In this document: one piece after another, positions 12,701-23,951 of the stretch
Position numbering within the stretch: the stretch's first letter is position 1
How the letters are laid out: every line of letters begins with the position of its first letter
Assembly: GCA_965203295.1 (NCBI GenBank)
Contig: CBDBCZ010000018.1
Location: 544,001 to 608,000 of the forward strand
Direction: 5' to 3'
Origin: Nitrospirales bacterium
GTDB lineage: Bacteria > Nitrospirota > Nitrospiria > Nitrospirales > UBA8639
DNA: 64,000 nt
Translations under genes and position numbers: made by a program
Notes under the pieces: model-generated
The model's input: the letters and a program-made list of their open reading frames with translations, nothing else
Told to the model about the DNA's origin: nothing
The model's database searches: none

Positions 12701-15310
12701 ATCAGTTTAGCAGTGATAAGGAGCACTCTCGAGTGGACACTTGCCACTTACAGGCTGTTTTATGGTAAGATGGACTGCCTGCCAGCACGTGTTGGTCTAT
12801 TTAAAGCCTACCTTCGATCATGCATGAAAGCAAGGTTTATACATTTTATGAAAAAGAGGGCCCAGAATGAACAATGTACATTCAAAACCGACAAAGTATA
12901 AAAGGAGTTGTGTTGACCCTGACAAGAAATGGGCAGCCTCACGTGCCAGTTACATAGCTGATCTTGACAAGAGACCTTCCCACCCCCCCCATGCACATGC
13001 TGGCGAAGGCCTTCCTGATGCTGGCTGGAGTACAAATCGAAACCTATACTACACACATCCTCAAACACATTCCATTCCAATACCATCTACTGCACACATT
13101 TACACCTACACATTTGTTACCACTTCCCAAAAAAACGCCCAAAACAAGTTACAGAAAAAGCACTTTGCCAAAAAGTGCAAAAACAAGTAATGTAGGGATG
13201 GACTTTCACCAAAAAACAGTTCCCCAAAAACCAATTAAGCAAGCGACAATGCACATCGCAATGCGTGCACAGACAACCCACCCATCACAGCGCAATGCAT
13301 TTATTGCGTAGCTACCATCCCTACATCTTTCCAACCACACCCACCACAATCCGTACCTCGCCCCCATACTTAACTGCACACCCATTACTTCCTTCAACAC
13401 ACACAACCATCCACAATCATCATCACCATCATATATATACCACCGTTACATCCTTATTCACAATCTTTAAATGGCTACATCATAAAACACAACACCCCAC
13501 ACTACAGCCAACCCAAACCTTCACAGGAACTCTAGCGACTCCCATCAAAATTCACTTCACTCCACGAATCCCACATTCTCAAGCACAAACCAAGCAGAGC
13601 AATTCCTCACAATATCAACCACCATACAACACACTCAACAAAGTTGACAACACTCAACCTATACTTTACCAACACACCCACACAGACCTCCCCTACAAAG
13701 AACCTGCACATACAAACACTCTCAAAACTTCATCACACTCAACAACCAAACACAACCAAAGTCCCTATACAAACATGAGTCCACCCTCAATGACTCACTA
13801 GTCCAACATATATACACCATGAACACTTTCAGCTACCCTCCACACCCTCCAACATACTCAGTCATAGTTAGCAATATACACACATCAAATTACACTACCA
13901 CTATTCACATCTCACATATACATGATTGTGGTTGGAAAGATGTAGGGATGGTAGCTACGCAATAAATGCATTGCGCTGTGATGGGTGGGTTGTCTGTGCA
14001 CGCATTGCGATGTGCATTGTCGCTTGTTTCATTGGTTTTTGGGGAACTGTTTTTTGGTGAAAGTCCATCCCTACATTACTTATTTTTGCACTTTTTGGCA
14101 AATCTATTATTACTGTATGGTCACTCTTTGGCACTCTATGACATTGCGTGGTCGCTGTATGGCACTCCAAAGCATTGTATATATATATTATGGTCATGCG
14201 TGGTATGGCACTCTATGACATGTCATGGTCACTGTCGCTACAACACTCTATGGCATTGTATGGTGACTATTTTGAACTCAATGACTCACTTTGGTCCAGG
14301 CTGTATAGTTGCGGCATGTGGGATACATGGTATGTTGTTCAATCGGCTGAAGAGGCAGCGAGTCGAAGACTGTGAGTCTGCAACCCTAAGGAGAGTACAA
14401 CACCCAGCCATCACAATATCATTCATCACAATATGCTATCATGATTGTGGAAATCCAAGGTAGAAAATGAACATTATTCTGATGTGCAATCCGACTGTGT
14501 TTTTGTGTTTAAGTGTTAATATTAGACCTAACCTCCACTAAGTAGGGGTTAAATACGTTATGTAAATTTTGCACTTGTTGACGCAACTAGCTATGCAATG
14601 TGTTTGAGGCCCTGCCTTGTGCAAGTTGTGAAATATCACCTTTCGAAAGCAAAAACATAATATGAAACTTATAAATGCAAATTTCCTACACAAGAACACC
14701 TCACAATAGCTATACATTGCCACTTCCAACCACTACATACATTGCGCAGAAAAAAAAAGCTGTCAATTACAATACCCTTACGTAGAGAATTGGATTAGTC
14801 ATGGTGATGTAACTAAATACATGTTTTCTTGTACTTCACAACACCAAGCAATCCAGAATGTCTCTGCATTCACTGGGACACCTTCCAATCCCAATAAACC
14901 ACTCAGCACTGTCTAATCCACCATGGTGGAGTTTACTAGCATTAGGAGTTTGCACTAATACCTCCAGTAAATTTACAGTGGAGTTCGGCAATGATTGTAT
15001 GACTGAGTACAGCTAGGTCAATAGGACAGCTATATTCATAGCCGTTTTCAGCTTTACAAGCTGGATCTACACTCTAGTGTCCAATTTACCCCCTAGGTTA
15101 AAATTGTGTTAGAATAACCTTGCTTTACCTGGCAAGAAGCCTTCACCTAATATGTCTCTATCCATAATATTAGTGTTAATACACACACTCAGAACTGCAT
15201 ACACCCCATGAAACTCACCAACAAAACAAGTTTAAGTAACTGCAATCTTACCTGAGCATCCAGGCACAGCAAACAGCTGCAGTGCAAAATATGGCGACCT
15301 TAAACTCCAT
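747..15310 (-). CDS. Secreted CUB-like protein, paralog A (6 exons in window; terminal exon predicted just left of position 1)
   Basis: Exons 15252-15310, 8286-8456, 6412-6519, 4608-4702, 1655-1753 and 747-805, all GT-AG with compatible phases (2,2,2,1,1,0). Translation: MEFKVAIFCTAAVCCAWMLSEQGIYRTRIGRGPSGGPQCTYINPVPFPNAQIVEPINNLGSPNLRVLFSPGFFLEKDYENSMLVTYNVQCPAGRRAFYNAIHLDLQEADCFDRCTDYIEVERCGFGPTESCGNQTQDNLFELEEGTFTVTFRTGERTRGRGFVIFIVCFDPLELDLPGCLANSDNSDNSTTKREKDL. The motifs SPGF..Y, C.DYIEV, CG and VTFRT....RGF follow the CUB pattern. Exon sizes and phases are conserved in B and C. Confidence 0.85.
1789..2708. mobile_element. Non-autonomous Kolobok-like DNA transposon (TTAA TSD)
   Basis: TTAA at 1785-1788 and 2709-2712. 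Imperfect TIRs GGTAGCAAGCCGCCTCACCT / GGTAGCGAGCCGACTCACCT. Empty site gaTTAActac in paralog B (~34251). GG..CC termini fit Kolobok rather than piggyBac (CC..GG). Confidence 0.8.
2148..2290 (+). repeat. 18-21-bp minisatellite (GGTCATTTGCTAAATACCCAT-like), ~7 units
   Basis: Direct reading; lies inside the TTAA element. Confidence 0.85.
2805..3364 (+). mobile_element. Non-autonomous Helitron/Helentron-like element with (TATG)n
   Basis: Absent from paralog C (gcataa|ttatatgc). Inserted between A and T with no TSD, 5' GC-rich stem, TATG microsatellite at ~2862-2904, and 3' end CTAG. Confidence 0.7.
3455..3907. mobile_element. Paralog-A-specific insertion with inverted GGGCGAGCGTGAGCGAG motifs near both ends
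   Basis: Absent from B and C (attacta-taactcc is contiguous in C at ~53740). The motif is at ~3478 and its reverse complement at ~3887-3904. Family not determined. Confidence 0.6.
5067..6222 (-). mobile_element. Crypton-like element with degenerate DUF3504/ZMYM-type tyrosine-recombinase remnant
   Basis: Absent from B and C; TATAC direct repeat at 5062-5066 and 6223-6227. Minus-strand fragments KRFGVP, QDETPYPG..TL and RHFRENG..LDARMKTLTKEGVGTDTKQAQPL (~5440-5800) resemble the CryptonA/ZMYM2-QRICH1 DUF3504 N-terminal half and are frameshifted. Confidence 0.65.
6681..7183 (-). mobile_element. Non-autonomous Helitron/Helentron-like element with (TTTG)n
   Basis: Absent from B (tctgaaaaaggt at ~36325). 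On the minus strand it begins TTACCAGCC..GCGCGCG stem..GGCTGGTA, carries a microsatellite, and ends CTTG|T with no TSD. Confidence 0.7.
8716..14103 (+). mobile_element. 5.4-kb compound Helitron2/Helentron-like insertion (tandem ~2.45-kb units with fold-back ends)
   Basis: Absent from C (ctgta|gctattatt at ~56813). Four starts read A|TC.TGGAGTAC..GTACTCCATATGT.GGG (8716, ~8959, ~9889, ~12343). The inverted motif CCATCCCTACATTACTT lies near the unit ends. ~9205-11650 repeats as ~11658-14095. Confidence 0.65.
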
Positions 15311-15349
15311 CTCCTGCGAATTTCGTTGAACAGGCGATATGTTCTAGTC

Positions 15350-15391
15350 TATTTATAGTAAATAATGCTGCCTCTTAGAATCTTCCAGAAT
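15350..15391 (-). promoter_or_regulatory. TATA box (TATAAATA, 15350-15357) and heat-shock-element-like motif (15377-15391) of paralog A
   Basis: TATAAATA lies 40 nt upstream of the ATG and is conserved in all three paralogs. aGAAtcTTCcaGAAt is a perfect three-unit nGAAn array about 20 nt further upstream. Confidence 0.6.
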
Positions 15392-16440
15392 GTCTAGCAT
15401 GGGATGCATACAGGATATTGCTGAATAGGATGTAACCCAAAGGAATCTGCAAACCTAGTGAAATCATGTGTACAACAGGATATTGCCTAATATGGAATAA
15501 CCTACAGAGTTGAATTTACTACAGGGCTGCTTGGGAATGGTATGGAAGTATTGGATGAGCCTGAAATACAACCAGGGTGTGTTTTCCAATATTAATTAAG
15601 TATCCTGTTTGGAGCCTCAAAAACAAATCGGCTGGAAATAGGTACATTGGTAATGTGAGGCTTGGGGTTAAAGATAGACAACTTGGAGTATAAACGAGGC
15701 TGGAAATGGGTAGATTGGTAATGTGAGGCCCGGAGTAAGATGGACACAGAACAGCCTGGAATATAACCAGGTGTGTGTTTTCCGATGTTAATTAAGCATT
15801 TTAATATGGAGCCTCATCAAAGTATTGGGCTAGGAAGTTCTAATTTTCAAGTACGGGTAGTGGTAGTAGGAACACCCAATTAGGATATATAGTTAGAGAA
15901 CAACAGCTATAACGCAGCTTTTGATTTGTACGGGAGTCATGCAACAAACCAGTGAAACAATCCTTTAGGCACACTACCACACTCAATATTCTAGTAATAT
16001 GCATCATGAAATGAATTTAAGCTCCGCCTACATTACACCCCTGCCCCTGCTTTTACAAGCTGTACAGCAGAATCAGTGTCAGGCCTTCCTTAGCACGCTT
16101 ACCAAGCCCCAATTCTACAACTTCCTGGATGTGATTACTAATGCAGCACTGCTCAAAGGAAGACCAAAATTCAGCTTATTTAACATCGGTACATTCAGCC
16201 ATTGTTTAATTATGTTAACAACTAGAAAAAAGGGGGCCCGGGCATGTACAGGGTCTGGACACATATTTATTGTGACTCATACGTAGTTTGTTTTGACTGC
16301 AATCGGTCACGCCCACTGCTTGGATACATGATCAGACATAATTCCTCAACATCCACACTGTTAAAATTCAATTGCCATATTGACTAGTGGGATGTTGTTT
16401 GAGTTTCAACAGGCATGGAAAATTGCAGCACCATTATTAT

Positions 16441-18205
16441 TCTCTGAGTCTTCCTCTGCCTCCTCTACATAAATTTACCTTAGTGATGCTCTTGAATCAT
16501 TTGTATTGGTAAATGCTTTCACATTCTTGACCCACACCATTCAATCTGTATCCAAGTTTGTGGTGTGTTGAAACTCAAACAGCAACCCACTAGAGATGAC
16601 GTGTTTATTTTAGCTGTGCATGCACTTCAGTGCACCTGCAAGGCAGTTTACTGTAGGTATTAAATTCTAGTTGTCAAAGTACTTGTTGTGAGAAGCTTAA
16701 CAGATCATTCTGAGCATCACCTTTTTCTGGGGTGTGAACCAAATGTACCAAGTAGATGACTTGATCGCACAGAAGAAGTCAACAGGAGTCTAGCAATTTT
16801 TCTACCCTTAGTCCCAGGCACTCATTTAGCTTTTATATTAAGATTCTTTGAACCAATGCTACAATCTTCTCTCTCAGCTGAGTTTAAGCTGAGAGAGAGA
16901 GTTTATTTTTCTCTGAGTCCTCCTCTGCCTCCTCTACATAAATTCACCTTAGTGATGCTCTTTAATCATTTGTATTGGTAAATGCTTTCGCATTCTTGAC
17001 CCACACCATTCAATCTGTATCCATGTTTGTGGTGTGTTGAAACTCAAACAACAACCCACTAGAGATGACGTGTTTATTTTAGCTGTGCATGCACTTCAGT
17101 GCACCTGCAAGGCAGTTTACTGTAGGGATTGGATTCTGGTTGTCAAATTAGGGGTTGTAAGAAGCTTAACAGATCATTCTGAGCATCACCTTTTTCTGGG
17201 GTGTGAACCGAAAAGTACCAAGTAGATGACTTGATCGCACAGAAGGAGTCAACAGGATACTAGCAATTTTCCTACCCTTAGTCCCAGGCACTCATTTAGC
17301 TTTCATATTAAGATTCTTGGAACCAATGCTACGATCTTCTCTCTCAGCTGAGTTTAAGCTGAGAGAGAGAGTTTATTTTTCTCTGAGTCTTCCTCTGCCT
17401 CCTCTACATAAATTCACCTTAGTGATGCTCTTTAATCATTTGTATTGGTAAATGCTTTCACATTCTTGACCCACACCATTTAATCTGTAATGTTTGTGGT
17501 GTGTTGAAACTCAAACAGCAACCCACTAGAGATGACATGTTTATTTTAGCTGTGCGTGCACTTGGATGCACCTACAAGGCAGTGTACTGTAGGTATTGGA
17601 TTAGATGACTTGACCGCACAGAAGAAGTCAACAGGAGGCTAGCAATTTTCCTACCCTTAGTCCCAGGCACTCATTTAGCTTTCATATTAAGATTCTTGGA
17701 ACCATTGCTACAATCTTCTCTCTCAGCTGAGTTTAAGCTGAGAGAGAGTTTATTTTTCTTTGAGTCTTCCTCTGCCTCCTCTACATAAATTCACCTTAGT
17801 GATGCTCTTTAATCATTTGTATTGGTAAATGCTTTCACATTCTTGACCCACACCATTCAATCTGTATCCATGTTCGTGGTGTGTTGAAACTCAAACAGCA
17901 ACCCACTAGAGATGATGTGTTTATTTTAGCTGTACATGCACTTCAGTGCACCTGCAAGGCAGTTTACTGTAGGTATTGGATTATGGTTGTCAAAGTACTT
18001 GTTGTGAGAAGCTTAACAGATCATTCTGAGCATCGCCTTTTTCTGGGGTGTGAACCAAAAGTACCAAGTAGATGACTTGATCGCACAGAAGGAGTCAACA
18101 GGAGGCTAGGAATTTTCCTATCCTTAGTCTCAGGCACTCATTTAGCTTTCATATTAAGATTCTTGGAACCAATGCTACAATCTTCTCTCTCAGCTGAGTT
18201 TAAGC
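16441..18205. repeat. ~470-bp tandem repeat, 4 units (third with ~90-bp deletion)
   Basis: Units start at ~16441, 16911, 17381 and 17758. Junctions form the hairpin CTCTCTCAGCT-GAGTTTA-AGCTGAGAGAG. Confidence 0.92.
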
Positions 18206-18311
18206 AGCAGTGGCATCATTATTATGGCACTATCATAGACCTACTGCTGCCTGAACATACAAATGTTGATATTTACTACACACTTATGTCAGGTTATTAA
18301 GTGATTGGTGA

Positions 18312-18477
<166 letters not shown>

Positions 18478-18896
18478 CCCGCCCGCCCGCCTATCAGTCT
18501 GTCTGTCTGCCTGTATACCTGTTAGTTACCAAAGTGATTCCTTTTGCTGCATCTCCAGCTATAGTACTACATTACTGGAATAGCCATAGTTTCTAAATAG
18601 AGTCACCCAAAAAACATTAATTAATTAAATTACCATGTTGCCATTTGGCTACATTTGCAAAAAAATTTCAAGAAATTACCAAGTTGCCACTTGGCAACAT
18701 TTGCACAAGATCTTAAACAAGGGGTTATGCCACACTATACCATAACAGATTAGCTACCATGCCTACATATTAATTTTGGACATCTTCAAAACAGGCATTC
18801 ACCAGACTGGTTAAGGCATTTCACATGACCTTGTCACATGTTATCACTGTACTACCAGCTGCTGTGATTTATCTTGAAATACACAGGGCAGCAATA

Positions 18897-19270
18897 CCGT
18901 AGAGCCGGAAAATTTGGCCAGGACCTTAATTTGGCGGTTTGGCGAATCGTAAAAAGTCGCCAAATTAAATTCTCACGCATTATGTAATACGTGACACCCA
19001 CGCGCGTATGCAGCTACGAGAAAGAAGGTTCCCACTCCACGTACGTGTTTCCTCTCTGTCCAGGAAGGATACCGAACTTGCGAACAAAGCTGTAAAGCGC
19101 TCTCTATCTGGAGACTCGAAGCCTGTCTCACAGTCACCTCGAGGCAAGTATATTAAACACTAGTCTACACGCCAGAAGGGCATGAATTGGAAAGTATGCC
19201 GCTGACAACGGAGCGACAAAGGCCGCTACACTTTAAAGCTTCTGGATAGTAAGATCAGCGAGTCCAACGC
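18897..19270 (+). mobile_element. Pogo/Tigger-like transposon 5' relic (also at ~45126-45495)
   Basis: Starts TA|CCGTA.AGCCGGAAAATT with GGCG/CGCC subterminal motifs. Frameshifted fragments PRGKY..YTPE.RARIGKYAADNGATKAA...KISES resemble the N-terminal HTH of invertebrate pogo transposases. No right TIR was found. Confidence 0.55.
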
Positions 19271-19414
19271 CTCCATTCTCGGCAACGTGGGGATATTCTC
19301 CATGTACCGTTCCTGGGATTACATCATTGTTTACATCATATACCGTACACGAGATGATATCATTGCTTACGTCTTTGAATAGCGCATGCGTGCAAGCATT
19401 AGCAATTATAGTAC

Positions 19415-20525
19415 CGGCGGTTCACCAGTTGTGGTGGTTCACTGGTTCAGGTGGTTCACTGGTTCAGGTGGTTCACTGGTTCAGGTGGTTCACTGGTTCA
19501 CTGGTTCAGGTGGTTCACTGGTTCAGGTGGTTCACTGGTTCACTGGTTCAGGTGGTTCACTGGTTCAGGTGGTTCACTGGTTCACTGGTTCAGGTGGTTC
19601 ACTGGTTCAGGTGGTTCACTGGTTCAGGCGGTTCACCGGTTCCGATGGTTCACTGGTTCTGGTGGTTCACTGGTTCAGGTGATTCATTGGTTCGGGTGGT
19701 TCACTGGTTCTGGCGGTTCACTGGTTCAGGTGGTTCACTGGTTTAGGTGGTTCATTGGTTCGGGTGGTTCACTGGTTCTGGCAGTTCACTGGTTCAGGTG
19801 GTTCACTGGTTCAGGTGGTTCACTGGTTCAGGTGGTTCACTGGTTCAGGGGGTTCACTGGTTCAAGTGGTTCACTGGTTCTGGTGGTTCACTGGTTCAGG
19901 TGGTTCACTGGTTCAGGGGGTTCACTGGTTGGGGTGGTTCACTGGTTCAGGCGGTTCACCGGTTCCCTGGTTCTGGCGGTTCACTGGTTCTGATGGTTCA
20001 CTGGTTCAGGTGGTTCACTGGTTCAGGTGGTTCACTGGTTCATGTGGTTCACTGGAACAGGTGGTTCACTGGTTCAGGTGGTTCACTGGTTCACTGGTTC
20101 AGGTGGTTCACTGGTTCTGGTGGTTCACTGGTTCTGATGGTTCACTGGTTCAGGCGGTTCACTGAATCAGGTGGTTCACTGGTTGAGGCGGTTCACTGGT
20201 TCAGGTGGTTCACTGGTTCATGTGGTTCACTGGTTCAGGTGGTTCACTGGTTCACTGGTTCAGGCGGTTCAGGTGGTTCACTGGTTCAGGTGGTTCACTG
20301 GTTCAGGTGGTTTACTGGTTCAGGTGGTTCACTGGTTCAGGTGGTTCACTGGTTCACTGGTTCAGGCGGTTCATGTGGTCCACTGGTTCAGGTGGTTCAC
20401 TGGTTCACTGGTTCAGGCGGTTCAGGTGGTTCACTGGTTCAGGTGGTTCACTGATTCAGGTGGTTCACTGGTTCAGGTGGTTCACTGGTTCAGGATGTTC
20501 ACTGGTTCAGGTGGTTCACTGGTTC
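19415..20525 (+). repeat. 17-bp satellite (GGTTCACT+GGTTCAGGT), ~1.1 kb
   Basis: Direct reading; 8-bp and 9-bp subunits built on GGTTCA. Confidence 0.97.
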
Positions 20526-20927
20526 TGACTTGTTCATGATGATTCACTGATTCAGCCGAGTCATTGGTTCCGGTGTTTCAGTTGGTTCACTGGTTGAGGT
20601 ATTTCAAATCAGACATTGAAACAGGGTGTCAATGACAGATGTGATACTGACAGCCTTCTTGCAAGGGTGGGTCTATGGCTATTCATGCAGTGAGTACATA
20701 ATATAAATATTCCATGTATGGTGTAGTATTTTTCTGTGATGTATTATACTTTTTAAGAAACACATCCATGGAAGAAGTGAAGAACCACGTGTCAGTTTAA
20801 AGCATATTACATATATCATTCAAAGTGAGTGAAAACTAAAGGACTTACTAACTATCTAAAATAGTGAGTGAACAAAACTGAAACACAATCAAATGACCTA
20901 AATTACAGTAGTTCAATTTCTCAGTGG

Positions 20928-23855
20928 TCAATAAAGATTATCAGGTCTCTTCTGCTTTCTTTTGCCTGAACAAGTTTTATAGTAGTTGCTTAGGTCATCC
21001 TGAAGTTTACGTTGCCTGTAAAGACAACATTTGTGGTCAAGAAAGCATCAGATGTGCAAATTAACACCCTCTCATTACTACAATTAACACACAATGTGAG
21101 CATTATGGGTATGGGCATTTACCAGTCATGGGAGTTAAAGCTGCAAATGGACCTCTGTTTCACCAGGCATTAAACCCATAATCACCTTTCTTTGTCTCTT
21201 GTACTGAGGTCTGGGGGTCATTAGGTGTAACAACCCCACCAACATCTCCATCAGCAGTGCTTAAGTGTTGCCCATCAGGAGGGGGGTCTCCACTGAAAGG
21301 GTCACTCGGGGAGTTCGGATGTGCTAATTGTAAAGACAACAGCAATGGATGAAAAAAGTATTAGCAGTATTGAATGAAAGGCCTATACCGCTTTCCAGTT
21401 GAGGGTGTGGCTGCGTCTGATGCAAAAATACAAACACCACATGCCGAAACTTCACAATTACATAAGGGCCATGAGGATGATTTACCATTCAAGAGTGCAT
21501 GTAGACATTGTATCTAATGAAAAGTCCCTTTATTGGTCTCTTGTGCCAAGGTCTGAGTGTCAGGAGGGTCACTTGCAATCACACTCGTACAGGCATCGTC
21601 TCCACTGGAGAGGTTGCCTGGAGGATCAGGATGTGCTTTAAACGTAAAGCTAAAAATCATGAGTCAAGAAAACATTAGTAATATGCAATCAAAGTCCAAT
21701 CTTGTTAATTAAGAGTGAAATTTTTCTGATACAAAATACAAGCATGATCTAATACGAAGACATTGCCATTGTATACGAGCCTTGTGGGTTTGAAAATTCA
21801 CCATCAAAGCATGTTGTCTCAGGGTAGACGTCTACTTGACTAGTAACTACCACTATACCCGGATGACGACCTTCATACTAAACCCATAATTACCTGCAGT
21901 CCCTTTTTTGGTCACTGGCACTGAGGACTGATGCTCAGTAGGATCACATGGAATCACAGGGCTGGGTAGAATAGCACTATGGGACTGGGAAATTTCCCAT
22001 CAGGAGGGGGGTCTCTGGATCCACTAGAAAGGTCGCCTGGAATATCCCTGTCAGGAGGATGATCGTTGCTCACTCCTGTCGGCAGGCCGATTGAGGTGTC
22101 TTTTGAAGATAGCCCTTTATAGCTTCTTTAGATACCCTTCTTTCATCTGGGAAAGCTGTTTCAAGGTAAAACCAATGCTGGAATAACAAGACAGTGCTTT
22201 TAAAGTTTTCTTACATACCTTGAATTATTTCCTGCACAAAACTGTCAGGGAGTTGGTCCAGGTAGATAATTGTGGCCTTTTCCCTTTTCCCCTGAAAGGT
22301 TTTCGCTTGGTTAGTAACCTCCAGTTTACCCAATGTGGTGGCTGTTGTCAGCTGAGATTTGCTGAAGAAACCTTCACTGGGAAGGTTTTCATATCGAATG
22401 GCCAGCACGTTGTGTTTACTGTCATGCCCTGGCTGGCGTGTGTCAATCTTGGCAAACGCGGTCACCTATAATAATATTATGTCAATGAAAAACAGGAACT
22501 GTACAGGCAGATTGTGGATCGTCACATCCTACAGGCAGTGTTAACGAACAACACTTTTGTAGGTATGCCTCCTTGGTGCCACGAGAATAAAATGTGTGCT
22601 GATGGCAGCCAAACAATGAAAGGGCACACTGCAGTGCAGTTGTCTTCCCAGTTTGTGAAGCACCAAACGTTATCGGAAATGGCCTCGCCTGAGCACAATC
22701 TGTGAATAGTGTAGAATCATCACACTTGCTCCCAAGGTGAGGTGAGCGGGGTAGATATTGTGCCGCATGATGGTGCACAGGGCATCTACTAATGGCAAAA
22801 GACTGGATGTGCTGAGAGGGAGAGTGATTGGGATAGCCATTGATGGACCTGGAGTGCGTGGATAAATGGCACTCAGCCACACGAAATCACTATTTGCAGG
22901 ATTGATTAGATTCCCGATGTCGATGATAACTTTTGGCCCCATCACCCACACAGACTCTGGTAGCATTTTGCGATCAGGACCAAGTTGCAAGCTACACTGA
23001 GAAACTACGGTCTGCGCTGCCGTGCACATTTGCTTCTTGTAGAGAAGGAAATCGCCAAATTCATTGTCCCTAAAGCTACATGTTAGAAACCCTCTTCCCT
23101 TGACGCAGTGATTGACGCACTTCATAAAGTCTTGCTTCAGTTGATGGGAGCTCTCACAGGTGAAAAAACATCTCCTATATATATGAATGCAGACAATAAT
23201 ATACAATGTTTATGATGTGGTGTGTTTGATATTTAATTGTACTGTTTACTGTTTCATTAAGGATGTTGATTAAGTCCATGATATGCATCATATTTTAGTA
23301 TACCACTTCAACAGTTGTGTGTACTCGATTGCGCCTAGCCAGTGCTTATACCAGAACCACATTTCCTGTCAGGTATTTGCATAATAACAGTAATACTTTT
23401 GCTATAGCCTTGTTCCCAGGCCTCCGCACAGCTTTTGTCGCTTGCAGTACGAAAAGCCTGCATGGGAATGAGGCTACTCTGCTATACTATCCTCATTAAG
23501 TTGGACAAAGAACACTTTGAAACTCAAAATTAGCCGGTCAACACGTGATGGGTGCTGAGTCTAGCAAAGGATATCAATGCCTAATAAATTTTGATTACAT
23601 TGAGTTGAAGACAAAATTTTGCACTGTGCATACAAAATCACAGGTAAAGAAAACATTTCCATTAGGGCCTAACTGTCCCAATATATTCACTCTCCCTGTC
23701 ATCATACACTGCGGGGAACACATCTAGCAAGTAGCCTGACACACAACTCCCTGCTACTTTTGCTGCAAACTCAACTCGGAAATCTGAGTACGCCATGTAC
23801 TTCCCTCCCTTCGTCAGCCTCCCAAACGTGTTTGCAGTCTCATCTTCATGAAAGC
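20928..23855 (-). pseudogene. Spliced pseudogene encoding a P-loop NTPase (DUF927/Cch-like helicase fold suspected) with Pro/Asp-rich repeated C-terminal exons
   Basis: Walker A FGASQTGKTT at 22638-22664, followed by ALQCALSLFG...TLPVGCDD (Walker-B-like). Exon-like blocks with AG/GT ends at ~23690-23855, ~22490-23175, ~22219-22465, ~21893-22178, ~21520-21636, ~21185-21324 and 20928-21016. There is a frameshift just before Walker A and an abrupt loss of coding signal after DDPQSA. Confidence 0.7.
23405..23476. mobile_element. 72-bp hairpin MITE (TAGCCT.GTTCCCAGGC...GGGAA.GAGGCTA)
   Basis: Terminal inverted repeats; same family as 24268-24328. Confidence 0.65.
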
Positions 23856-23951
23856 CTACACAGTCAATCATATTAATGTGTCACTCGCTATAACATAATA
23901 GCAAACATGCATCCAGGATGCAGGTTACACAACATACAAAGTTTCTATGAC

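Noticed and set aside
10522..14463. Several 100-180-aa ORFs (His/Thr-rich or Cys/Val-rich)
   Set aside because: Low-complexity CA-rich sequence inside the compound insert; frames are not conserved between its two tandem units.
16441..18205. Regular repeats considered as a CRISPR-like array or tandem small genes (MLKLKQQPTRDD ORFs)
   Set aside because: Whole 470-bp units repeat with no unique spacers, the ORFs start at GTG and are broken in several units, and the context is eukaryotic with no cas genes.
19327..20539. Long overlapping ORFs of up to 235 aa (also 45562-46489)
   Set aside because: They are by-products of a stop-free 17-bp satellite; all frames give the same cyclic peptide and there is no splice or start context.
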